The notes beneath the pieces were generated by a model. That model worked only from the letters and a program-made list of their open reading frames with translations, was not told the origin of the DNA and made no database searches. A stretch of 64,000 bases of DNA from Schmidtea nova. Taxonomy: Eukaryota. The stretch spans positions 111,600,001 to 111,664,000 of the forward strand of contig CM097884.1 in assembly GCA_044892505.1 (NCBI GenBank). Direction: 5' to 3'. The position numbers were made by a program, and so were the translations under genes. Below are positions 37,238 to 51,059 of this stretch, in pieces; the first letter of the stretch is position 1; the number at the start of each line of letters is the position of its first letter.

Positions 37238-38588
37238 GTTGGGTGGTATGGGTGTTGTTACAAAATTATTACCGACTTCTAGGGGTTATAACCCACACCG
37301 CAACATAAATATTACTCCATCACACCCGTGTACCCATTGTTATTCCCCAAATAACTATTTTAGTACTTTACACGGTAGCAAGAATCTAGTGAGCAGGTGA
37401 GCTCCGTGGCCGAATCTACTCCTCACTAAATTCTCTCTTTCGGGTTCTTGCTGCCGATAGAAGGACTTACGCATCTACTTTCTTTTCGGTCCTATTGCAT
37501 AATTACATCTCAATTATCCATTACTTTCCGCTTTCAACCATCTACCTTTATTCATTCTCAACTAATTCACCAAAACGATGAATACTCGTTGCAATCCCCT
37601 TTTCTTCTGCCCAAATTTGGTTTAAGAAGGCCGCATCGCCTAACCCTCCGAGGAGAGTCAGGGCGAGAGGCCATTTATTGCCCATCAGGTCGCGAGACCA
37701 TCAGGACATGCCCTTATCGATTTTACTCCGGCTGTTATGAGCGTTTACCCACAATTAATCATAAAATGTATGGTTCGAAATATTTATTGACTACCATTCT
37801 CATAACATGATTACAAATTACCATACACTAACCAAACCTACTCACCCACGCGACTGGCTGGCGAAAAACGAAATCAAAACTTTTGTGTTAACTTGCAGAA
37901 ACTAACTAAGTTTATTCAACTGATTTTTTGCGTCTATTTATACTAAAATAGACTGACACCCATGCATGTTTTTATTCAATTGATTATATTATGATTGAAA
38001 CTCAATTTATTTGTTTCAATAACCGATTTTTTATTTCATTTTTTGTAAATTTTATTTTATAATTTTATTTATTTATTTCTAAGATATTTGATTTTAATTC
38101 CGATAAATGATGTGTGTGTCCCTTGTTTTTGTACATTTATTGATTGATTAAAACAATCAACTTTAATTGAATTCTAATTTTATTCCTACCTCTGTTATTT
38201 TCCGATATTTCAATGGGGATTTTTCTTATAATTTTTAATAAATTATTTTCTTTAATTTGATGTCAATTTTATTCTTTGACCATGCTTTGCTTTATTTTTA
38301 TACCAGCAATGATCTTCCCAATTCAATTCTCGTGCGGTCCTTCGTTTGTAAATGCGACGTGCACTCAAATTGTGGGCTCTCTTTTGATATGCCTCTTTTC
38401 TATCGTTTAAGCCCTATCTCGTCCAACTTATCGAATGCGGTTCGTATGATTACTATTGTACTTTACTATTTTATTTTCTTTTGCGTTAGTTTACTGCGTA
38501 ATGCTTAATATTGCGTTTTTAAACTTGTTCCTTTTTAATTTTCGATACATTCAAACAAAATTTTATTTTCGATTTCGCCAGCCCAACA
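37237..38588. mobile_element. Unclassified insertion in an (ATT)n tract (solo LTR or paired inverted-repeat element)
   Basis: TGTTGGG...CCCAACA termini, ATTA on both sides, a GC-richer interior and an internal block complementary to both ends. Confidence 0.4.
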
Positions 38589-39054
38589 ATTATCATTATT
38601 ATTATTGATATTACATTATTATTATTGTTAGTTTCAATCTTGCTAATATTTTCGTCATTCATAATTAAAAATAATAATTAAAATTATTAAACTGTATTTA
38701 TAATATTCGAACAAATAATTTGATGCTGGTTTTTAAGATTTCTATATTGATTATTTATTATAAGCCATATTTATTTAAACCTTATTTCATTAATTATCTN
38801 NNNNNNNNNNNNNNNNNNNNNNNNNNNNNNNNNNNNNNNNNNNNNNNNNNNNNNNNNNNNNNNNNNNNNNNNNNNNNNNNNNNNNNNNNNNNNNNNNNNN
38901 NNNNNNNNNNNNNNNNNNNNNNNNNNNNNNNNNNNNNNNNNNNNNNNNNNNNNNNNNNNNNNNNNNNNNNNNNNNNNNNNNNNNATTACGTTCTCGAAAA
39001 ATTCCAATTTAATTTAATTATAGTTAGTTAGAATATATTACTTCTTACAATTAA

Positions 39055-39133
<79 letters not shown>

Positions 39134-39154
39134 CATAATTATCTTTTTTCACCT

Positions 39155-39690
39155 TTGATCTTTTTTTATTATTATTATCAATAATTCTCATAATGACTAT
39201 AGATCAAATTTTTTTTTATAAACAATAACACAATATTTCGGCACAGCCTTTATCAAGTGTGTATAAATACACACTTGATAAAGGCTGTGCCGAAATATTG
39301 TGTTATTGTTTATAAAAAAAATTTTGATCTATAGTCNNNNNNNNNNNNNNNNNNNNNNNNNNNNNNNNNNNNNNNNNNNNNNNNNNNNNNNNNNNNNNNN
39401 NNNNNNNNNNNNNNNNNNNNNNNNNNNNNNNNNNNNNNNNNNNNNNNNNNNNNNNNNNNNNNNNNNNNNNNNNNNNNNNNNNNNNNNNNNNNNNNNNNNN
39501 NNNNNNNNNNNNNNNNNNNNNNNNNCTATAGATCAAAATTTTTTTATAAACAATAACACAATATTTCGGCACAGCCTTTATCAAGTGTGATAAAGGCTGT
39601 GACGAAATATTGTGTTATTGTTTATAAAAAAATTTTGATCTATAGTCATCATTATGAGAATTATTGATAATAATAATAAAAAAAGATCNN
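39155..39690. repeat. Palindromic fold-back repeat family (other copies at about 43900-44075, 53285-53410 and 59521-59614)
   Basis: Near-perfect 142-bp palindrome GACTATAGATC...GATCTATAGTC at 39195-39336. A second copy with a shorter centre lies at 39526-39647. The arms continue outward into N gaps. Confidence 0.85.
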
Positions 39691-41130
39691 NNNNNNNNNN
39701 NNNNNNNNNNNNNNNNNNNNNNNNNNNNNNNNNNNNNNNNNNNNNNNNNNNNNNNNNNNNNNNNNNNNNNNNNNNNNNNNNNNNNNNNNNNNNNNNNNNN
39801 NNNNNNNNNNNNNNNNNNNNNNNNNNNNNNNNNNNNNNNNNNNNNNNNNNNNNNNNNNNNNNNNNNNNNAAAAATATCTAAAATACTATTATTTAAAATT
39901 AAAAATTCTTTTTTTCTTTAACACTGAAATCAGGATCAGAAAACATTGAATAAAAATCATTTAAAATGTAAAAATCAATTATTTGGAATTTATAAATTAT
40001 CAAAATGCGATAAATGTAATCTATAAATTGTATTTTAATGAAATTTTTTCATTTAATCCATAATTGGAAATACAGTAAAAATTTTCAATAAGAAAGCACT
40101 CCAAATTATGGCAAGAGAGGAGAAATATGATAACATTGTTATTCACAGCTGTTATCGTTAAATATTCAAATATTATTATTATTAATAATAAAATTGATGA
40201 TAATACATTGGACGAAAATAACTCTTTGAATTGTACGAATTATTTTGAGAGTATTTGATAAATAAATTTTCCAATGGATAAACCACTCAAGAGGAAAGAA
40301 AAATTGTAAATCTGAAGAAGTGTAATTAATTTTACATTGTAAAATGAGACAATTATTTTTTATTGCTCGAAAAATAAAGACCAAATGTTTCAAAGGTGAA
40401 ATGAACTAAAACACTAAAAGGAAATATTTAATATTTAATTCGTTCATTTTAACGAAATTTACGTGAAAAAAAGCAATTACGACGCCCATTGCTATTGGAA
40501 ACAATAATATTTTATTAAAATATTTTGACAACAAATATACAATACGCACTTATATAGCTTTTCATAGCATAAAATCTTAAAAGTGAGTTTTTTGGATTAT
40601 TCATTATTGATACAGAATACCTATAAACACACATACATACCTAACATTCACACACAACAATGAAGCATGATAAATAACCTCTTATCTTGAAATTACGATT
40701 TTGAATTATTATTAAGTAATAGGTTAATTTAATTAACTACATTTTTATCATGTTTCCATAAAAATGATTCCAAAGAGAACTATTTTCACCATTGTTTAAT
40801 AAGTAAAGTATTCGACTTTACTTATTATATAGTTCGTTCTCACAAAAAAAAACAGATTTTTATCGCAATTAAGGAATGGGGAATTAATTTCGGAAATGGC
40901 TACCATAAAGTTTCAATTTATTTTCCACTGAGAGCGCATTGCTAATTTTGAATGTAAAGTATATCTCAATCTTTACACTAAAGTATTTGTGGAATTGAAT
41001 TTCAAAAAGAAATAACATGATAAACCTAAATTGGATATTTTAAGCTTTCCTTCCATCATTGAATATTTTACAATAAAACATTACAATTTATTGTAACGCA
41101 TTATACAACACTAAATCACTATTATTTTTA

Positions 41131-41186
<56 letters not shown>

Positions 41187-44100
41187 GTTATTATTATTAT
41201 TATTACAATTAATTATTTTTTTTCTTCAATATTCAAAGAGAGTAGAATAGAAGAGCCCCTACATTTAAGGCCTTTATTACAGTTTCTTAAAATATCACAA
41301 AGCAAAACATTTGAATCTTTAAAGTATTTGTTCATTTATAGTTTAATTGATAAAAATATTTTTGTAGGTTTTGTACCATTTGAATGTATGCAAAATTATT
41401 GAAAATTTGATTTATTCACTTAAAATACTTTTAGAAAAATGAATGCGAGGAAAAAGTAATAAAGAATACGCCAAAAGCAAAATTTAATAATTGATTCTAT
41501 TTTTCAGTTATAAAAATTGCCAAGGTTGTGATTAATTATTATATAAGGTTTCCTATATGATTGTATAATCCTTGCATTAGATAATATTATGATTATATTC
41601 ATTGGTGTTTTTTGATAATAAGGATTTATTTATAATTAATTTTTAGATGAATTTTAATACAAAATAAATTTAAATATCTTATTCATCGTTATTTGGTCAC
41701 ATAATTTTATTTTGTATTAAATTTCATCTCAAATTATTATTCATTTCAAATTATAAATAAATTATCACAATTACCAAAATACACTAATAAATGAAATATT
41801 AACACAATCTAATTCAAAGGTCATACAATCAAATGAGAAACTCTATATACTAACGTATATAATAAATTTTAAAATATAGTAAATATTAACCATTTGCCTG
41901 TTATGTTTTAAATTTATTATGTGCAGAAAATTTCCGTTTTTTCATTTTTTTACTTTTCATCAAATATTTATGACTAGGAAAAACAAACAAGAAAAAACAA
42001 TAAAAACAAAAATCATACATCTGAAAAACATTCAAATATGAACTAGTGTGTCAAATATTACGATGCTCATGTTGTTAATGAATAAATTTAAGTACTTTTT
42101 ACAGTCAATTTTGTTAATAAGACGATGAACGTCTGACGTGGGTAAGAGGTTAAAAGCTATTGAATATTTGAACATAGAATCGCAGACCATGCAAGGTACA
42201 TATATCTTGGTGTCTGCTTGGTTCTGCTAGCAAGAACTTGTGATAAGAAATCTTTTGTTTATTATTTCATTCTGTATATAATATAAGAATAAAATTAATA
42301 TTAATATTTTCTAAGGATGAATTCTTTTCAATTCAGGAGTTGAAAAATGTTAAACAGTTTTTAATGTAAAGGCAATTAATTTTAATAAGAAAAATAGCGA
42401 GAAACTGAAATTTTAGCTCGATAAGTTATTTTCAGAAGAGTAAACGTATTTTATGCTCAATATAATACAGTTCTGATAATTCGAGAATTGGAGAGAAAAG
42501 TAATAATATTTATAATTAATGCAATTATTTACTGGGAACGATAGAGATATTCAAAAAATTATCACATTTTATGAAAATTGAGATATAATATATTATTAAT
42601 ATGGCAAATGAATTGTGTTTTCACGGATCACACTTTTTACTATTAATTAAAAAAATAATTAGATTTTTGAATAATAACAAAAGATTTTCCAGAAGAAAAT
42701 TAATATTTCCTATTTCCATTTTGCGGGGTCATCGAGGACAGTATTCTAATTTATTTAGCACATGGAATTCACTATCAAGTATCAATAAGGGTCCCTAAAC
42801 ATGTATTAGTCTTTAAAAAACAATTTTCTTTAATTATTAAATTTACTCTAACCAGTATTCATTTAAAAGTGTTCATCTTCCTAGGGTTTTTAGGTTTTCA
42901 AAGCAAAGAGGTCTAAACGGGGGAACAAGTTGAACTTATGATCATAGAAATTCATTTAATAGACGTTTCTGCGTTATATTCTGATATTTTTTAAATTTTC
43001 AAAAATTAGACATTATTTTATCCTTTATAATTAATATTTTATCCTTTTAATTAATATTTTCTTAGAAAATAATTGAATTTTGTTAATGTTGGTGAATTTA
43101 TGTTAATAATTGTTGGTAATGAAAAAATTTANNNNNNNNNNNNNNNNNNNNNNNNNNNNNNNNNNNNNNNNNNNNNNNNNNNNNNNNNNNNNNNNNNNNN
43201 NNNNNNNNNNNNNNNNNNNNNNNNNNNNNNNNNNNNNNNNNNNNNNNNNNNNNNNNNNNNNNNNNNNNNNNNNNNNNNNNNNTAATTATACGCCCCAGGC
43301 GAAAATTATAAAAAGCTCCCTATTTTAAAAATTAGGTACAAAAATTATGATAAAATAAAAAAGATTAACAAAAAACAATCTATTTATTACTTCATTTCAT
43401 TTTTTTCGATTGATTTACATATATATAAAAAAAACAGAATTTATAAGAATGATTTTTTCCTGGCTTTCATGTCTGCAAATTTTTCTATTGCTGCCTCCAA
43501 ATTTAGGTTTGCTACAACATTATTTTCAATTGAAATAATGGCCAAATTATTCAACCTATCTTCCGTCATAGTAGATCGTAAATACGTTTTTACTAGTTTT
43601 AATTTACTAAAACTTCTTTCATCATTCGCAACACTAACAGGAATTTTGGCGCCCTCTAAAAAAAAGGCGCCCTTGGGCCGGGCCTGATTATTATTATTAT
43701 TATTATAAATTCATTGTTTTAAATNNNNNNNNNNNNNNNNNNNNNNNNNNNNNNNNNNNNNNNNNNNNNNNNNNNNNNNNNNNNNNNNNNNNNNNNNNNN
43801 NNNNNNNNNNNNNNNNNNNNNNNNNNNNNNNNNNNNNNNNNNNNNNNNNNNNNNNNNNNNNNNNNNNNNNNNNNNNNNNNNNNNNNNNNNNNNNNNNTTT
43901 GATCTTTTTTTATTATTATTATCAATAATTCTCATAATGACTATAGATCAAACTTTTTTTTTATAAACAATAACACAATATTTCGGCACAGCCTTTATCA
44001 AGCCTTTATCACACTTGATAAAGGCTGTGCCGAAATATTGTGTTATTGTTTATAAAAAAAAATTGATCTATAGTCNNNNNNNNNNNNNNNNNNNNNNNNN

Positions 44101-45156
44101 NNNNNNNNNNNNNNNNNNNNNNNNNNNNNNNNNNNNNNNNNNNNNNNNNNNNNNNNNNNNNNNNNNNNNNNNNNNNNNNNNNNNNNNNNNNNNNNNNNNN
44201 NNNNNNNNNNNNNNNNNNNNNNNNNNNNNNNNNNNNNNNNNNNNNNNNNNNNNNNNNNNNNNNNNNNNNNNATAAATACAAAAAAAAGATTTCACGGATA
44301 TTATTTACAAAATGTTTTATGATTTTAATTAGTAATAAAAATATGTTCTATCTTTATAAAAAAGTAATTGGTCTTAATCATATAAAATTTACTATTTATA
44401 ATTATGATCTTTAGAAGATGCAATTTAATCATTATAAATTACACAGATTCAAAGTGTACAAAGTGATGCCATCTCATAAGAAATTTTAAATTAGAGAATC
44501 GGTGCTTTATTTTGAGAATTGCAGCTTTGCCAGATAGACGTATTTATGCGTTTTCATAGCCAAAGAATGTAATTTAATGAAAAATATTCCATTTTATATT
44601 TATTGTAAGTTTAATATTATCAAAAATAATTAAAGATCACATACACTTTTGAAAATATCACTTTTAACATATAAATGTCATGTTTTATTTTAAAAGATTA
44701 ACTATTATGGATAAAAAGTAGCTCGTTCCACTGAAATTTATGTATTTAAGTAATTGGCTGTTGCATGTTGTAAATTGTGTTTTTGGTATAATTATGTTTG
44801 TTTTTGAGTATTTTTTTCATTTTTTTAAAGTGCTTTTGAAGGATGCAAGATCTAACAGAAAATATGATTAGATTTAATTTTTGTATTCATAGTTCTAAGT
44901 GTTTTTAAGTTTTTTGAATTTATTATATATTATTTAATTTAGAATTTTTTATGTTCCTATGTTTTTTAAGTTATAGTTTTTTATATTAATCTCAATGAAT
45001 TTTCAACATTTTTTTAAAACAAATTTTGAAACTTTTTCTACTATATTAAAATATTTGTTGTTGTCCCGGTTGGTCGTAGAAAAAGTCTAGCAATCCTATT
45101 TTTTAGACACTTCAAATCTGAAATATCTAATGTTGGATGCAGTTTTGAATGTTTAA

Positions 45157-45374
45157 CCCTTTGATTAGTATGAACGTACCCGTATGTTCTCGGCTAACAG
45201 CACTTCTCAGAGTATGAACGTACCCATACGTTCACGACTGACTGCACTTCTCAGAGTATGATTTTCTGCCGATTGCACTCCTTAGAGTAAATGAGTAAGT
45301 ATAGTTTTGTCGCGCATAGCTCTCTAGATGAAACGAGACGTATCATTGTAAAATAAAACTTACTAATAAAAAGG
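45157..45374. mobile_element. Degenerate piggyBac-like MITE
   Basis: TTAA flanks, 12/14-matching TIRs (CCCTTTGATTAGTA) and internal GCACTTCTCAGAGTATGA repeats. Confidence 0.5.
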
Positions 45375-45912
45375 TTAAGGAGATTTGAAAGTTAATTTTC
45401 TAACGAAAATATCAATTCAGGGTACCATACCACTTATCAATGAAATTAGAGTCATATAAGCCAAGTTACGAGACCAGGTCCGTTTTTTGTTCTATTAAAT
45501 ATAATTATTTATTTATAAATATAATTGATTTTATAAATGAATATAATTTGTTTATTTTATAATTGTTTAATTTCAGTGCCGGTATTCATATTATTATACA
45601 ATGATTTGCATCTAAGAGTTTAAAATCAATATTTAGGCAGCTTTATTTGGTTAAATAATTATTGTTGACAAAAGATTATAAGAGAATGAATTAAAGGAAA
45701 TATGAAATAGTTGAATTGATTAAAACAAAATGAGAAACCCGGTAATAATTCATCTATAGGGGAAAAAATTCCTTACTTCATATTGTTTTTAAATTTGACA
45801 TTAAGAGGGATCTAAAAGAAATTTCGTTTCCATTACTTCATTTCATGTCAGAAATGAATTCCCATCATCTTTATCAAATTTTATAATCACTCAATAGAAA
45901 TCCATATGTATT

Positions 45913-48561
45913 TTAAAAACAAAACTGACTTGTATTATTTTGATCCAATATTATATTATTATTGAGCAGATTCATTGAATAATAGCATTTGTTTTCATCG
46001 GATTTCATTCTAAGATTCCGTTGCCTTTGTCTAAAAATAATAAGAGCCCAAGCAATCAGCAGACACATGAGAAATAAAGTCGAAAACGATAGAATTACTG
46101 TCAGAATTAATCTAGGAGTTATCAATGTAATTTTTGCTGAATAACTTCTAGGGATATCCAATAGGGTTATGTGTAATTTTTCAAAAGTACGCGAAAAATA
46201 TTTCCTATAAAGGGGATTTTTGATTTTTTGATTTCCCAAATCTTCCGCCGATATCATAATGATGAAATTAAACCGACAAAATTGTTCACTGACAAATGGG
46301 CTGTTGATAAATATTTCCCCAGTATTACTGTCCAAATGAAACAAATTCAAATCTTTGTCTGGTAGGATTTTAGATATTCCATAAACCACTGTTCCGTTGT
46401 TTCCCAAATCGGGATCGAATGCGTGAACTTTCCCAACGACATGACCGATCGGCTCATGACAGGAAACATTCAGAACGAAATGCGTAGAATTCGGGAAAAT
46501 AAATTTCGGTGAATTATCGTTTTGATCGGTAACTTTTACAAACACTTTCGCTGTCGTAAACAACTGGGAATTCCCATGGGGGTGTTTGTCAGTGATTTGC
46601 ACGACAAATTGAAACGATGAAATCTCTTCGCGGTCTAGTGATTTTCTCAAATAGAGTTTATCGTGATCTAACTTGAAATATTTCAACACATCTTCAGGTG
46701 TAGACTGATCGAATGATACTCGAAACCCGGTGTTTGTAGCATCGAGATCGCTCGGTCGGAATACCAATAAGGCTTTATCGTAATTTATTGTGTTCTCTTC
46801 GACAGTCAATTGAAATAAATCTGTATATAAAATCGGAGTGTTATCATTTTCATCTTCAACATCAACGTAAACATCTGTGCACGCAATGTGAATTGAGTCA
46901 TTGCAACAAATCCGCAATCGATATTCATTGGTCAATTCTCGATCAATTGCACCTGCAACATGTAAAACCCCTGAGTATTTGTCGATTTGAATAACTGTCG
47001 TTGCGTTATCAGATGTGTGTTTGTTGTCAATAAAAAACGTCAATTCACCAACTATATCGTGATCAATCACTTGGATTTTCGACAAACCGTTGTTGACGTT
47101 TGTCAGCGTGCTGTGAATTGGTGAGTTTTCTTTCACAGTAAATCGAAAATTATTAGAAAGAAATTGTGGATCTTGATCATTTTCATCTTCGATTAATACC
47201 GTCAACGTGACACTTGTTGTCAATGACGGATCACCATGATCGTTACAAATGACATTGATAAAATATCGATCAATTTCTTCTCGATCAAACACTTTATTCG
47301 ATTCGATTTGATAGAATTTATCAAGAATTCGATGTAGAAAGAATCTGTTTTCGGTTTTTAATAACTGACAAGTTACTTCACCGTTTTGATTCGAATCTCG
47401 ATCATTGATTTTGAGAAACGTCACTGGCGTAGAGATTGGCTGGTTTTCACGAATCATTGATTTTTGATTGATCGTCTCGAATTTTAACTCGGGATAATTG
47501 TCATTGACATCGATTATTGATATTGTCAATGAAATACTCGAAGATTTTCTCTCCGAAATTGGTGCACTATCGTATGCAATTATCGTTACTAAATAGACTT
47601 TTTGTTTCTCATAATCCAACTCCGCAATTACTTTCAAATCACCGTTGTTTAAATTCATTGAAAAACTATTTGCCGTTTCGGCGTTGTTGAGAGATTCCAA
47701 TTTGAATGTTATATTATTATTTGGATATGCATCGTTGTCTGTGGCTTGTAAATGAGCAATTACAGTGCCTTTTACTGTTGATTCGTGAATGGAAAAAGAA
47801 TTTTTTAATTCTCTAGAAAACTCCGGAGCGTGTTCATTGATATCTATGACCTTAACATGGATTAACACTCGACCTTCTTTTCCAGCTCCGTCATTAGCTA
47901 ATAGGTCTAATATGTAATGATGCTTGGTTTCACAATCCAAAGCGTTCAATAACAACAAATTCGGCGCCTGGGAATTACCGTCTGATAACAGTTGAAATAA
48001 ATTTTCTCCTCCATTGGAAAAATGTATTTGATAGGTAATCATTCTATTTTTTTTTGAAAAATCTTTATCCACCGCAATCGGTAGCAGCTGCTTCTGTCCA
48101 ATCGATTTGGGACCTTCGTAAAATTCAACATGATATTGTCTATGCTTAAACGCCGGAGTCCAATCGTTAATGTCTTCAATGAATATATTCAATTTGTATG
48201 TTAAAATCGAGGTCTGTTTCTCAAAAATTCTAACGAGAAACACGAATTTACAATCAACAGTTTCATCGCAACAATTCTGATTGTGAACACACAATTCCGA
48301 ATCTTCCAAATCGATTTGCTTTAGGAGAACGATTTTGTTTCTGGTTTTATCCAAATGAAAATATTGATTGAAACCGTCACCAATTATTTTAATGTTGAGA
48401 AAATGTTTCTCATTGAAAACCGGAATGTCTATTGTCGTATTAATCGGAGAGTTTTCTTTCAAAAACAACGTTTTGATTTCAATACTCATTACGAGATTTA
48501 ACAATTGAAGAGAAATGGTGAAAATTTTCCAACAATAACAATGATAATTTGTTGATTGCAT
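45913..48561 (-). CDS. Protocadherin-like protein: signal peptide, 7 cadherin repeats, TM segment, start of cytoplasmic tail (large exon)
   Basis: Repeated xEN/DxE/DxNDxxPxF motifs, EC1 IDLEDSELC, TM LILTVILSFSTLFLMCLLIAWALII. The likely start is Met30 of the 45913..48648 ORF (48561). A possible donor GTCAGT near 45925 suggests further 3' exons. Confidence 0.93.
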   Translation of the reverse strand: MQSTNYHCYCWKIFTISLQLLNLVMSIEIKTLFLKENSPINTTIDIPVFNEKHFLNIKIIGDGFNQYFHLDKTRNKIVLLKQIDLEDSELCVHNQNCCDETVDCKFVFLVRIFEKQTSILTYKLNIFIEDINDWTPAFKHRQYHVEFYEGPKSIGQKQLLPIAVDKDFSKKNRMITYQIHFSNGGENLFQLLSDGNSQAPNLLLLNALDCETKHHYILDLLANDGAGKEGRVLIHVKVIDINEHAPEFSRELKNSFSIHESTVKGTVIAHLQATDNDAYPNNNITFKLESLNNAETANSFSMNLNNGDLKVIAELDYEKQKVYLVTIIAYDSAPISERKSSSISLTISIIDVNDNYPELKFETINQKSMIRENQPISTPVTFLKINDRDSNQNGEVTCQLLKTENRFFLHRILDKFYQIESNKVFDREEIDRYFINVICNDHGDPSLTTSVTLTVLIEDENDQDPQFLSNNFRFTVKENSPIHSTLTNVNNGLSKIQVIDHDIVGELTFFIDNKHTSDNATTVIQIDKYSGVLHVAGAIDRELTNEYRLRICCNDSIHIACTDVYVDVEDENDNTPILYTDLFQLTVEENTINYDKALLVFRPSDLDATNTGFRVSFDQSTPEDVLKYFKLDHDKLYLRKSLDREEISSFQFVVQITDKHPHGNSQLFTTAKVFVKVTDQNDNSPKFIFPNSTHFVLNVSCHEPIGHVVGKVHAFDPDLGNNGTVVYGISKILPDKDLNLFHLDSNTGEIFINSPFVSEQFCRFNFIIMISAEDLGNQKIKNPLYRKYFSRTFEKLHITLLDIPRSYSAKITLITPRLILTVILSFSTLFLMCLLIAWALIIFRQRQRNLRMKSDENKCYYSMNLLNNNIILDQNNTSQFCF

Positions 48562-49578
48562 TACACTTCGGGTGATTGGAAAAAAAAATTTTTTTTTAAC
48601 ATCAATTGAAATAATGATGAAAATATACTCGAAGCATGTGAAATGCATTTTCCATTGTCATTGGTGAAGAAAGTTAGGCAAAGAAACATTATTATTTGTT
48701 GAAAACCGTTGAATTATTATTTAAATTTAGAATTATACTAAAAGCTATAATTACATTGCCTGCTCACTGTACACACTGTTGATTATCAAATGATGTTGTG
48801 TGTGTATTTCGGCGATCACACACAATTTGTCGATGTGCATTTCTCTCGTACAACAAATAATAGCCAATGATAAACGTGTATGTATTTTTTGTTATGGGAC
48901 TGATTGCCTTTGTTTGGGGATTTTGTTCATAATACATATTGGTATTTTGAACTGATTTCGGTTTTTCTCAATGTATTAATATTATGATCGCTGGTTCATT
49001 GGATCATAAAATAAATGATAAATAACAATACTACTACTATCATTAATAGTAGTGTTGAGATATGAAATTATCTATCAATTCAAATGATACCATTTCACAA
49101 TGCGATCAGTAAATCTTTGTCGATTTTTATTTATTTCCCATTTTATATATTTGACTATTAAATTACATTTATTATATAGGTAATTGTCAATTTCCAGATG
49201 CGATTCGATCTTACAGACTTTATAGGCACAATAAATCAGTATGAGGGAATAATTTTGTTTAAAAAATTAAAATGAGAACATGCACTGAAGGGTAAAAAAT
49301 ACATATACTTGTGTTACAGTCTATTTCATATCATAAAAATGAAAATAAATTGCATAATTATTTTGAAAATGAAGCCATCCCATTTGATTATGGCAAAAAT
49401 TTTTATAACAAATTTAGATCATATCATTTCGTATATCTATGACTACGAAATACACAAGTCGGCTTATCTATATTATTAAATTTAGTTAAATGCAAATTTA
49501 TATTTACATCTTTTATTTTTTTCATCTATGATCTCATTTTTTCTATTTCAGAAATTTTCATTTTTTATAAAGACTTAA

Positions 49579-49799
49579 CCTGTTAACCGGGCAGGACGTA
49601 TATACAAGTCCTACGAAAATTACTATCAAACGGGCGAGACGTATAAATGCGTCCTCAAAACATATGTAAAACTTGTAAAAATGAGTCATACAACAGGCTA
49701 ACAAAGTTCCGCCAGTTTTTGCGCACTACATTTATACGTCTCGCCCGTTTGATAGTAATTTTCGTAGGACTTGTATATACGTCCTGCCCGGTTAACAGG
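49579..49799. mobile_element. piggyBac-like MITE with 71-bp perfect TIRs
   Basis: 49579-49649 is the reverse complement of 49729-49799, with TTAA on both sides. Confidence 0.9.
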
Positions 49800-50685
49800 T
49801 TAATCAAATTTGCTTTTTAGTACACAAATTTTCTACACAACCATTTTTAAATACACACTTGAAAAGGGGATAAGCTGGAAAATCGTGTTTTTAATAAAAA
49901 ATCTATAGTCTTTAAAATAAAAATGATAATTTGTAAAATCTTTAAATATTTTGTTTTAATAAAAAATGGACTTATAACGCTTTTAAAACACATGGCTCAG
50001 TTATTACAATTTTAAATAATGAATTATGGGAATAATTCAACTTTTCTGTATTTTTTAAAGATATTTAGACAATTTTTAATGTCCTAGGTGGGTAAAATAA
50101 ATTTTATCTTCCATCAATGACAGACCGGTAGTAACCTATATAAACCAATGGGAAACGTTATTTCTGTCCAGTTTCTTGTTTAACTTGCTTAATTTTTATT
50201 ATGTAATTATTTCATATGGATAATTTTACTATTGCTTTTAAATAACAACATGCGATACATTTTTAGCAATATGTCATACATGACTTTTACCAGATTAAAC
50301 AAAAAAAAATGTAATTTTCCTTTTTATTCGAAATTAAACACTTATCAGTGGTAAAATTATATTACTTATTATCATAAACGACCTTTACATCCATTTCGTG
50401 ACATCTTTAATATAGAATTTGCTGATCAACTTAATAATAAGTAATATTCATCGACAATTAGTTCAACTATTGATAATTTTTTTCAATTTTGAAATCTATT
50501 TAGATTTCATTAATGTTTTTCAACTTCTTTTTATGATTATCTACTTCATCAAGAGTCTGTAATACAACCTTATATTTATAAATCCACAATTTGAAAATTG
50601 GTTATATTTCCTATCTGTAATCGAGTTATTGAATATTGTCCACAGGAAGGAGTGTCCAATATTAGTAATCATAACAAAGTCTGTT

Positions 50686-50758
<73 letters not shown>

Positions 50759-51059
50759 AATGTCATGTTTTATTGTTATTTTTAGATGATTATCTGCGTA
50801 TGAGGTTGTAAGCGCCGTCATTATGATGGACGGTGCCTTTGCGGTCACCTGCCCCCCCTTTTTCCTTGTGAATGTTAATATTATTATTATTATTAATAAG
50901 GTTATTATTATTATTATTCAGTTCAAAATTCAAATTTGGCTTGCTATAGCAAAAGCTATAGTAAGCTAAATTGACAAATAAAAAAAAATCAATTAAAAAA
51001 AATTTATATCGTCAAGAGAAATTTAATTACGAAATTCATTGCCAAAAGGAATTAGACAA

